Positions 1 to 7,826 of a DNA stretch of 64,000 nt are shown one piece after another; the stretch's first letter is position 1, and each line of letters begins with the position of its first letter. The position numbers and the translations under genes were made by a program. A model generated the notes under the pieces. That model was not told the origin of the DNA and did not search any database. It worked only from the letters and a program-made list of their open reading frames with translations. The DNA comes from Anaerotignum sp. (GTDB lineage: Bacteria > Bacillota > Clostridia > Lachnospirales > Anaerotignaceae): the NCBI GenBank assembly GCA_051877975.1, contig JBJEJK010000057.1. One strand, written 5' to 3'.

Positions 1-800
1 CAGGCTGCCAGTGTGTCGAAAAAGGCAACGCGGGCCGCCGATGCGGGGATATTTTCTTCATCTGGCAGATAAGAGCCATAGATGATGGTGCCGTTGCCTG
101 CGATGGACAGGGAGAAAAATGCCTGCCCCAATGCATAGATCCATGTCATAGGGTCTGCCAGTGCCACGGGGTCTACACGGAAAAAATAGCGATAGCCTTC
201 TGCCGCGCCGGGCTGGAAAGCGATATAGATGCCCAGCCCCACAAAGAGCAGGAAGAACAGGGGCATCATAATCTTGTTGGCCTTTTCAATGCCCTTGCCA
301 ATGCCCATCATCGTGATGACCATACAGATTGCCAATGCCGCAATCTGCCAGCCATTGTTGCCGAAGGCGCTGGCTGTGCTGCCAAAGGCGGCAGCATACC
401 CGTCCACATCCGCAGACGCCAGTGTGGCTCCGGTGAATGTGCCAACGGCATATTTGAGGATCCAGCCCACAACAATCGTATAGCCGATGGCCATAGCCAG
501 CGCACCGATGGAGGGAATGAGCCCCAAAGCTTCTCCCAGCCTGCGGCTGCCCTTGTTTTCTGCCGCCATGCCAAAGGCATTTACCGGCCCCGAACGTGCG
601 GCACGGCCAAAGGCCATTTCCCCGATCACCCCAGTGGATGCAATCAATACAACAAAAATAAAATAAGGAATCAGGAAGGAACCGCCGCCATAGAGGGATA
701 CTCTGGTGGGAAACATCCATAAGTTCCCCATTCCAACGGCAGAACCGATGCAGGCCAGAACAAACCCCAGCCTGGTTGCAAAAGAATCACGTTTTTTCAT
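1..800 (-). CDS. Sodium-dependent transporter, NSS/SNF family (5' part; runs off window start)
   Basis: Not in the ORF track. Reverse complement from ATG at 800 (RBS GGAG) reads MKKRDSFATRLGFVLACIGSAVGMGNLWMFP...GGGSFLIPY...GEMAFGR, matching the NSS signature G.AVG.GN.W.FP. Confidence 0.9.
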   Translation of the reverse strand, partial: MKKRDSFATRLGFVLACIGSAVGMGNLWMFPTRVSLYGGGSFLIPYFIFVVLIASTGVIGEMAFGRAARSGPVNAFGMAAENKGSRRLGEALGLIPSIGALAMAIGYTIVVGWILKYAVGTFTGATLASADVDGYAAAFGSTASAFGNNGWQIAALAICMVITMMGIGKGIEKANKIMMPLFFLLFVGLGIYIAFQPGAAEGYRYFFRVDPVALADPMTWIYALGQAFFSLSIAGNGTIIYGSYLPDEENIPASAARVAFFDTLAA

Positions 801-1010
801 AAGTTTCTCCTTCAATTTTTCAAAATGCTTGAGTAGTATACCATTTTTTTCGGAGAAATGACATAGGAAACTGTGAAATTTTTCCGTATTTTCTGGTCTT
901 TTGGAAGTACAAGTCCTGTTTATTTTATATTGAAATAAAAGAAAATCTACTATAAAATAGATAATATTGTTTGAAAGGAATGCTTTGGAGAGAGTTTTAA
1001 GGGAAAGTCG

Positions 1011-2339
1011 GTGAATCAAATGGATTTATTTGAATATAATCGCAGCCTGCAAGGGGGAAAAGATGCGCCTCTGGCGGCTCGGATGCGTCCTACCACATTA
1101 GAGGAATTTGTGGGGCAGGAGCATATTGTCGGCAAGGGGAAATTGCTCTATCGTGCCATCAAAAGCGACCGCCTCAGCTCCGTCATTTTCTATGGCCCCC
1201 CCGGAACAGGCAAAACAACCTTGGCCAAAATCATTGCCAATACTACAAAAAGCAGATTTTGCCAGCTGAACGCTACTACTGCCGGTATAAAAGAAATCAA
1301 GGAGACGGTGGAGGATGCCAAGGCAGAGCTGGGCATGTATGGCAAAAAAACGATTTTGTTCATCGACGAGATCCATCGATTCAATAAAAGTCAGCAGGAT
1401 GCACTGCTGCCCCATGTGGAGGATGGTACCATTGTTTTAATCGGTGCTACCACGGAAAATCCTTATTTTGAGGTGAATAAAGCCTTGGTTTCCCGTTCCA
1501 TTGTATTTGAACTGCGCCAGTTGGAGGATAAGGATATCAAGATACTTCTGCAAAGAGCACTGACAGATGAAAAGAAGGGCATGGGCATTTACCATGCCAA
1601 ACTGGACGAGGATGCCCTGTCTTTCCTTGCCAATACTGCCAATGGTGATGCCAGAACAGCCTTAAATGCACTGGAACTTGCAGTTTTGACCACAGACCCC
1701 GGGAAAGATGGCATGATTCATATTACCTTGGAAGAGGCTCAGGAATGTATCCAGAAGCGGGCATTGAACTATGATAAGGATGGAGATAATCATTACGATA
1801 CCATCTCTGCCTTTATCAAAAGTATGCGCGGTTCTGACCCCGATGCGGCATTATATTATCTGGCGAAGATGATCTATGCAGGGGAAGACCCGAAATTTAT
1901 TGCCCGCAGAATTGTCATTTGTGCTTCGGAGGATGTGGGCAATGCAGACCCCCATGCTCTGCAAGTGGCAGTGGCAGCCATGGAGGCAGTGAATTTCGTC
2001 GGCATGCCGGAGGGGCGTATCCCTCTGGCTCAGGCGGTGACTTACGTTGCCTGTGCGCCCAAGAGCAATGCGGCATATCTGGGGATTGACAAAGCCCTTT
2101 CCGATGTGCGAAATATCCGTATCCGTACCGTTCCGCCCCATCTGAAGGATGCCCATTACAGCGGTTCGTCTGATTTAGGGCATGGAATTGGCTATAAATA
2201 TGCCCATGATTATCCCGGTCATTATGTGGAGCAGCAGTATTTGCCCGATGAATTGGTGGGTACTGTATACTATGCGCCCACGGATAATGGCATTGAACGT
2301 CGTATCAAGGAACATCTGCGCCGCCTAAAGGGGGAATAA
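1011..2339 (+). CDS. rarA: Replication-associated recombination protein A (AAA+ ATPase RarA/MgsA)
   Basis: PLAARMRP, Walker A GPPGTGKTT, FIDEIHRFNKSQQD, GATTENP, ISAFIKSMRGSDPDAA, YKYAHDYP. Confidence 0.95.
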   Translation: MNQMDLFEYNRSLQGGKDAPLAARMRPTTLEEFVGQEHIVGKGKLLYRAIKSDRLSSVIFYGPPGTGKTTLAKIIANTTKSRFCQLNATTAGIKEIKETVEDAKAELGMYGKKTILFIDEIHRFNKSQQDALLPHVEDGTIVLIGATTENPYFEVNKALVSRSIVFELRQLEDKDIKILLQRALTDEKKGMGIYHAKLDEDALSFLANTANGDARTALNALELAVLTTDPGKDGMIHITLEEAQECIQKRALNYDKDGDNHYDTISAFIKSMRGSDPDAALYYLAKMIYAGEDPKFIARRIVICASEDVGNADPHALQVAVAAMEAVNFVGMPEGRIPLAQAVTYVACAPKSNAAYLGIDKALSDVRNIRIRTVPPHLKDAHYSGSSDLGHGIGYKYAHDYPGHYVEQQYLPDELVGTVYYAPTDNGIERRIKEHLRRLKGE

Positions 2340-2362
2340 GGCGATATTTCCCTTTTATCCCC

Positions 2363-2390
2363 TTGACTTTCGGGGTGGGTGTGATAAAAT
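2363..2390 (+). promoter_or_regulatory. SigA-type promoter of the pheST leader
   Basis: TTGACT (2363-2368), 16 nt, then TG-extended TAAAAT (2385-2390). Confidence 0.6.
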
Positions 2391-2409
2391 ATTTTTGTTA
2401 TGAATATCT

Positions 2410-2652
2410 AACGACTGTGAAGATGAAAAGTATGCAGTGAAACTGCGACAGAGAGAAAACCTTCGGAACGAAGTTCCAGAGCTGTAAGGGTTTTTCGTAT
2501 GAGAAGCTGCAGAAGTTCCCATCGGAGTCGGCTTCCTGAAAAAAGAGTAGGGAAGTCCGTTTCATGCACGTTACGCATTAGAGTGCCTGTGATAGCAGGA
2601 ATTTGGGTGGTACCGCGAGCCTTCGTCCCTTTGTGTGACGAAGGCCTTTTTA
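2410..2652 (+). ncRNA. T-box riboswitch (Phe specifier)
   Basis: AG box ACAGAGAG, GCTG loop, specifier loop GAAG-TTC-C (TTC at 2516-2518), T-box AATTTGGGTGGTACCGCG (2600-2617), terminator GCCTTCGTC...GACGAAGGC plus T-run. Confidence 0.92.
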
Positions 2653-2655
2653 TTT

Positions 2656-2852
2656 TTGGGGCACTGCCCCAAACCCCGACAGGGGAAAGGGTCAAGCATC
2701 TTTCCTCCGGAAAGATGGCTTCGCCGCCGCCTAATTTTGGCGGTGCTCAAATCCCCTGTACCCCCATTTGCATCAACATGAATATGTTGATGCGGTATCA
2801 GGTTCCAAGGGGATGATCCCCTTGGTGGGAGTTTGAGGGTGAAACCCTCAAG
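2656..2852. repeat. Composite palindromic (REP/REPIN-like) element, copy A
   Basis: Hairpins TTGGGGC-act-GCCCCAA, ACAGGGGA...TCCCCTGT, GCATCAACAT-gaat-ATGTTGATGC, CCAAGGGGA-tga-TCCCCTTGG, TTGAGGGT-gaa-ACCCTCAA. Left and right two-hairpin units are inverted about the central palindrome. Confidence 0.7.
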
Positions 2853-2871
2853 AAAGAGAGGAGAAGAAATA

Positions 2872-3891
2872 ATGAAGGATAAGTTGAAACTGATCCAGGA
2901 AAAGGCACTGGCAGCGTTCCAGGAAGCCAAAGAAATCAAAGATGTTGACGAACTGAAGGTAAAATTCCTCGGGAAAAAGGGGGAATTGACAGCCATCCTG
3001 AAAGAAATGGGCAAGCTTTCCGCAGAAGAAAGACCTGTCATCGGTCAGATGGCCAATGAAGTAAGACAAGATATCGAAAAAATGCTGGAAGAAAGCAAAA
3101 AACGTCTGGAAGCAGCAGAGATGGCATACCGTCTGGAAAAGGAAAAAATCGACGTAACGATGCCCGGTAAAGAAAGACCCGAAGGCCATAAGCATCCCAT
3201 GAGCATTGTTATCGATGAAATCTGCGATATTTTCAAAGGCATGGGTTACGAAGTGGCGGATGGCCCCGAAATCGAAAAAGACTACTATAACTTTGAAGCA
3301 CTGAATATCCCTGCAAACCATCCTGCAAAGGATGAACAGGATACTTTCTATATTAATGGAGATATTCTGCTGAGAACACAGACATCCCCTGTACAGGTTC
3401 GTACCATGGAAAAAGGCAAACTGCCCATCCGTATGGTTTGCCCCGGTGCCGTTTATCGTTCCGATGAGGTGGATGCGACCCATTCCCCTGTATTCCACCA
3501 GCTGGAAGGCATGGTAATCGATAAAAACGTTACTATGGGCGACCTGAAAGGCGCACTGGCAGTTTTCGCAAAGGAACTGTTCGGTGAAGATACAAAGGTG
3601 CGTTTCCGTCCTCACCATTTCCCCTTCACAGAACCCAGTGCGGAAATGGACGTAACCTGCTTCGCTTGCGGTGGGGAAGGCTGCCGTGTATGCAAAGGGG
3701 AAGGCTATATCGAACTGCTGGGCTGCGGTATGGTACATCCTAAGGTTTTGAAAATGAGCGGCATCGACCCAGAAGAATACAGTGGTTTCGCTTTTGGTAT
3801 GGGTCTGGAACGTGTAGCCATGCAGAGATACGGTATCACAGACCTGCGTCTGTTGTTTGAAAACGACGCTAAGTTCTTAAAACAGTTCTAA
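2872..3891 (+). CDS. pheS: Phenylalanine--tRNA ligase alpha subunit
   Basis: ATG at 2872 after GAGGAG; NFEALNIPANHPA, LRTQTSPVQ, FHQLEG, FPFTEPS, GFAFGMGLER. Confidence 0.97.
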   Translation: MKDKLKLIQEKALAAFQEAKEIKDVDELKVKFLGKKGELTAILKEMGKLSAEERPVIGQMANEVRQDIEKMLEESKKRLEAAEMAYRLEKEKIDVTMPGKERPEGHKHPMSIVIDEICDIFKGMGYEVADGPEIEKDYYNFEALNIPANHPAKDEQDTFYINGDILLRTQTSPVQVRTMEKGKLPIRMVCPGAVYRSDEVDATHSPVFHQLEGMVIDKNVTMGDLKGALAVFAKELFGEDTKVRFRPHHFPFTEPSAEMDVTCFACGGEGCRVCKGEGYIELLGCGMVHPKVLKMSGIDPEEYSGFAFGMGLERVAMQRYGITDLRLLFENDAKFLKQF

Positions 3892-3981
3892 GAGTAAAAT
3901 AGGGAGAGAAAGGGGAAACTTTCTTTTCTTGGGAAAAGTTTTCCTCTGAACCCCCTTCAAAAACCCGCTGGAAAGGCAATT

Positions 3982-4218
3982 CGCAGGGCTTTGCCCCTGC
4001 GCGCCCCACAAGCCTTTGAAAAGGCTTGACCGAAACTTTTATTTGCCTTCGGTGTGGAAATATATTATTTTCTGGCAAAAGCGTATGCTTTTGCGTGTAG
4101 GGTCAAGGGGGTTACCCCCTTGCAGGAGTTTGAGGTACGCACCGCCGAACAGATGCGGCGGTTACTCCGAAGGAGCAAGGTTTGCGAAGCAAATCCTGCT
4201 TGAACAAGAGTCCTCAAG
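3982..4218. repeat. Composite palindromic (REP/REPIN-like) element, copy B, in the pheS-pheT spacer
   Basis: GCAGGGC-ttt-GCCCCTGC, CAAGCCTT-tgaa-AAGGCTTG, GCAAAAGC-gtat-GCTTTTGC (4075-4094), CAAGGGGG-tta-CCCCCTTG, TTGAGG-[insert]-CCTCAA. Confidence 0.7.
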
Positions 4219-4255
4219 GTTTTATCATTTTATATTTGAGAGGAGAGTTAATTTC

Positions 4256-6655
4256 ATGGACGTACCTATGTCTTGGATGAAAGAATATGCACCCGTAACA
4301 GCGGATATCAAGGATTTTATTGAAGATATCACACTGTCCGGTTCTAAAGTAGAAGGCTATACAACGGTAGCCGGCGAAATCAAAAACGTAGTCACAGGCT
4401 ATATCAAAGAAATCGTAAAACACCCCGATGCCGATAAACTGGTCATCTGCACCATCGATGCAGGCCAGGGCAAAGACCTGACCATCGTAACAGGCGCACC
4501 CAATGTAAAGGTTGGCGATTATGTACCCGTTGCGCTGGATAATTCCGTCATCGCAGGCGGCAAAGAAATCCACACAGGGGAACTGCGCGGCGTTGTTTCC
4601 GAAGGGATGCTTTGCTCCGTAGAAGAACTGGGCTGCGACAAACACGATTTCCCTGAAGCACCTGAATACGGTATCTATATCTTCCCCGAACCCGTTGAAC
4701 TGGGCAAGGATGTTGTGGAAGTGATGGATTTGAAGGATGAAGTGGTAGAATACGAAATCACATCCAACAGACCCGATTGCTTCAGCATTTTGGGGATTGC
4801 CAGAGAAGCTGCCGCAACTTATGATATTCCTTTCCATTACCCCGAAATCGCAGTAAAGGAAGAAGCAGAAGGCAAAGCAGAGGATTATGTAAAAGTTACC
4901 ATTGAAAATGCCGAACTGTGCCCCAGATATGTGGCAAGAGTCGTAAAAAATGTAAAAATCGGTCCTTCTCCCAGATGGATGAGAAAGAGACTGCGTATGG
5001 CAGGCGTTCGCCCCATCAATAATATCGTTGACATCACAAACTATGTGATGGTTGAAATGGGTCAGCCCATGCATGCCTTCTCCATCGAAACCATCAAAGA
5101 CAGCCATATTATCGTTAGAAACGCAAAAGAAGGCGAAACGATCACAACACTGGATGGTCAGGTAAGAAATCTGGATCCCTCTATGCTGGTGATTTCCGAC
5201 CCTGAAAAAGCCGTTGCCATTGCGGGTGTTATGGGTGGTGAAAACTCCATGATCGTGGAAGGTTCTCAGGCTGTTCTCTTTGAATCTGCTTGCTTCGATG
5301 GCCCTAACGTTCGTATCACAGCGAAAAAGGTTGGTCTGCGTACAGATGCATCCAGCAAATTTGAAAAAGGTCTGGATCCCAACTTGGCTCTGGAAGCAGT
5401 AAACCGTGCCGTACAGCTGGTAGAACTGCTGGGTGCTGGTGATGTTGTTCCCGGCGTGGTAGATGAATACCCCAACAAGAGAGAGCCTTGGGAACTGTCC
5501 TACAATCCCGCTTGGATCAATAAATTCCTGGGTACAGATATTTCCGAAGAAGAAATGCAGAAGATCTTCGAAAAGATCGAACTGAAAGTAGATCCCGTGA
5601 ACCATATCGTAACAGTACCTACCTTCCGTCCCGACTTGGAAGCACAGGCTGACCTGGCAGAAGAAATTGCTCGTTTCTATGGTTACAATAAGATCGAAGC
5701 AACTCTGGCCAGCGGTACACCTACAGTAGGGAAAAAGACCTACGAACAGACCATTACCTCTCTGGTAAAGGATACTGTGATTGCGGATGGTCTGTGCGAA
5801 GCAATGACATACAGCTTCGAAAGCCCTAAGGTATTCGATAAGCTGCTGATTCCTGCTGACAGCGATCTGAGAAAAGCAATCGTGATCTCCAACCCCTTGG
5901 GGGAAGATTTCAGCATTATGAGAACAGTATCCTTCAATGGCATTCTGTCCTCTCTGGCAACAAACTACAACAGAAGAAACGAGAGCGCAGGGCTGTTTGA
6001 AGTGGCAAAGGTTTATATTCCAAAGGCACTGCCTTTGACAGAGCTGCCCCATGAAATTCCCACACTGACCATGGGTATGTATGGCAATATGGATTTCTAT
6101 GACCTGAAAGGTATCGTAGAACATCTGATGAATGTACTGGGCATGGGCAAAGTGGCAGAATATGTTACAGAAAAAGCTCTGCCTTGGATGCACCCCGGCA
6201 GAACGGCTTCTGTCATTGTAAATGGAGAAAATATCGGTTATCTGGGCGAGGTTCATCCTGTTGTACTGAAAAACTATGGCATTGGTACAAGAGCATATCT
6301 GGCTGTTCTGGATATGGAAAAGATCGTGGCAAATGCCAACAGAGAAGTGGTTTATCAGGCACTGCCTAAATATCCTGCCATCACAAGAGATATCGCTATG
6401 CTGGTAAAAGAAGATGTGACAGTAAAAGAAATTGCCGATATCATCAAGAAAAACGGCGGCGCATATCTGGAAGAAGCAAAACTTTTCGATGTATATCAGG
6501 GAGAACAGATTGAAGCAGGCTATAAATCTGTAGCATATTCCATCGTATTCCGCAGCGCAGAAAAGACACTGGCAGATACAGATATCGCAGATGCAATGGA
6601 TGCGATCCTGAAAGGTCTGGCAGAAGAACTGGGCGCACAGCTGAGAGATAAATAA
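4256..6655 (+). CDS. pheT: Phenylalanine--tRNA ligase beta subunit
   Basis: ATG at 4256 after GAGGAG (MDVPMSWMKEY); HPDADKL, SEGMLCS, ITSNRPDC, PINNIVDITNYVM, EEIARFYGY, C-terminal FDX-ACB domain. Confidence 0.97.
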   Translation: MDVPMSWMKEYAPVTADIKDFIEDITLSGSKVEGYTTVAGEIKNVVTGYIKEIVKHPDADKLVICTIDAGQGKDLTIVTGAPNVKVGDYVPVALDNSVIAGGKEIHTGELRGVVSEGMLCSVEELGCDKHDFPEAPEYGIYIFPEPVELGKDVVEVMDLKDEVVEYEITSNRPDCFSILGIAREAAATYDIPFHYPEIAVKEEAEGKAEDYVKVTIENAELCPRYVARVVKNVKIGPSPRWMRKRLRMAGVRPINNIVDITNYVMVEMGQPMHAFSIETIKDSHIIVRNAKEGETITTLDGQVRNLDPSMLVISDPEKAVAIAGVMGGENSMIVEGSQAVLFESACFDGPNVRITAKKVGLRTDASSKFEKGLDPNLALEAVNRAVQLVELLGAGDVVPGVVDEYPNKREPWELSYNPAWINKFLGTDISEEEMQKIFEKIELKVDPVNHIVTVPTFRPDLEAQADLAEEIARFYGYNKIEATLASGTPTVGKKTYEQTITSLVKDTVIADGLCEAMTYSFESPKVFDKLLIPADSDLRKAIVISNPLGEDFSIMRTVSFNGILSSLATNYNRRNESAGLFEVAKVYIPKALPLTELPHEIPTLTMGMYGNMDFYDLKGIVEHLMNVLGMGKVAEYVTEKALPWMHPGRTASVIVNGENIGYLGEVHPVVLKNYGIGTRAYLAVLDMEKIVANANREVVYQALPKYPAITRDIAMLVKEDVTVKEIADIIKKNGGAYLEEAKLFDVYQGEQIEAGYKSVAYSIVFRSAEKTLADTDIADAMDAILKGLAEELGAQLRDK

Positions 6656-6721
6656 AAAATACAAGAACGGCGGGGCAACCTCAAATCCTGCGGATTTTCG
6701 GTGTTTGCTCCGCAAATGAAT

Positions 6722-6768
6722 AAAAAAAGATGTCCGATTGAGCAAGCTTATCGAACATCTTTTTTTTC
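6722..6768. terminator. Bidirectional intrinsic terminator between pheT and degV
   Basis: AAAAAAAGATGTCCGAT...ATCGAACATCTTTTTTT inverted repeat between convergent genes. Confidence 0.75.
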
Positions 6769-6785
6769 TTTCTTTTTCTCCGCCG

Positions 6786-7667
6786 TTATACAAATTCATA
6801 TTTTTTGATGTAACAAATGCCGATAGGAGTAGGGCCGGTATGGGTACCGATCGTGATGCCAACAGGCCAGATATCTTCCATAACATCATAGCCTTCTGCC
6901 AGCAGTTCTTTCTGCAGTTCCTCTGCCATAGCCTGGCGTTCTTTTTCCCCGCGGACGAAAAGAACCCGATATTTTTCTTTTTCTGCACCGATTTCATTTC
7001 GTGTCATATCCATAATGGTCTTCAGGGCTTTTTTATGCCCGCGTACCTTGCTTTCCGGGTGGAGTTCTCCATCTTTCATGATAATGATAGGCTTGATATT
7101 CAGGATTGTACCGGCCAGAGCGGAAGCTTTGCCGATTCTGCCGCCTTTCTGCAGATAATCCAGAGAATCTACGGTAAAGTTGATTTTTGTGGTATCCTTC
7201 TGCTTGTCCAAAATTTCTGCCATTTTTTCCATAGAAAAGCCGGCATCCCTCATACGGCAGGCTTCATAGACCAACAGCCCCTGGGAACCGGTCACACAGG
7301 CGGTATCCATCACCATGATCTTACATTCGGGATAAGATTCGGAAAGGATATTTGCCGCATTGACAGCACTTTGATAAGAGCCGCTGAATTTTGAGGTAAG
7401 GCACATGCAAAAAACATCATTACCTTCTTTCAGGACGGGCTCCATGGCATCCATATAATCCTGTACGGAAGGCAGAGAAGTTTTGGGAAACAGTTTTTCG
7501 GCATTGATTTTATCATAGAAATCATCGGGGGTGATATCACGCAGTTCTTTCAGATAATGTTCCCTGTCGAAGGAAACATGAAAGGGAACATAGATTACAT
7601 CCAGCTTTTCCAGCACTGCTGCAGGAATATCGCAGGATGTATCAGAAAGAATCTTATATGTTCGCAT
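6786..7667 (-). CDS. DegV family fatty-acid-binding protein (FakB-like)
   Basis: ATG at 7667 after GGAGG; SDTSCDIP, PKTSLPS, SGSYQSA, LDYLQKGGRIG, IGTHTGP. Confidence 0.92.
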   Translation of the reverse strand: MRTYKILSDTSCDIPAAVLEKLDVIYVPFHVSFDREHYLKELRDITPDDFYDKINAEKLFPKTSLPSVQDYMDAMEPVLKEGNDVFCMCLTSKFSGSYQSAVNAANILSESYPECKIMVMDTACVTGSQGLLVYEACRMRDAGFSMEKMAEILDKQKDTTKINFTVDSLDYLQKGGRIGKASALAGTILNIKPIIIMKDGELHPESKVRGHKKALKTIMDMTRNEIGAEKEKYRVLFVRGEKERQAMAEELQKELLAEGYDVMEDIWPVGITIGTHTGPTPIGICYIKKYEFV

Positions 7668-7826
7668 AGGAATACCTCCTTGTAATACATTCATTTTAAC
7701 CAATATATTGTATATAAATTTTGAGGGGATGTCAATATTTCCGATAAGAGCCCAGTCCTGATGGATTTGATTTTGCGATGAAGAAATGCTATACTCATAT
7801 ATTAGTGAATCGGAAAGGAGGAAAAA

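Noticed and set aside
2499-2816. ORFs over the pheS leader and the 80-aa N-terminal extension of pheT in the ORF track
   Set aside because: They overlap the T-box and hairpin repeats. The real starts with good RBS are 2872 and 4256.
4214-6997. 927-aa antisense ORF over pheT (similar long shadows over fusA2, groEL, thrS, sstT, miaB and the mrp genes)
   Set aside because: These are codon-aligned mirrors of strongly biased genes that rarely use TTA/CTA/TCA, so antisense stops are scarce. They have no convincing RBS, and their F/C/H-rich translations show no motifs.
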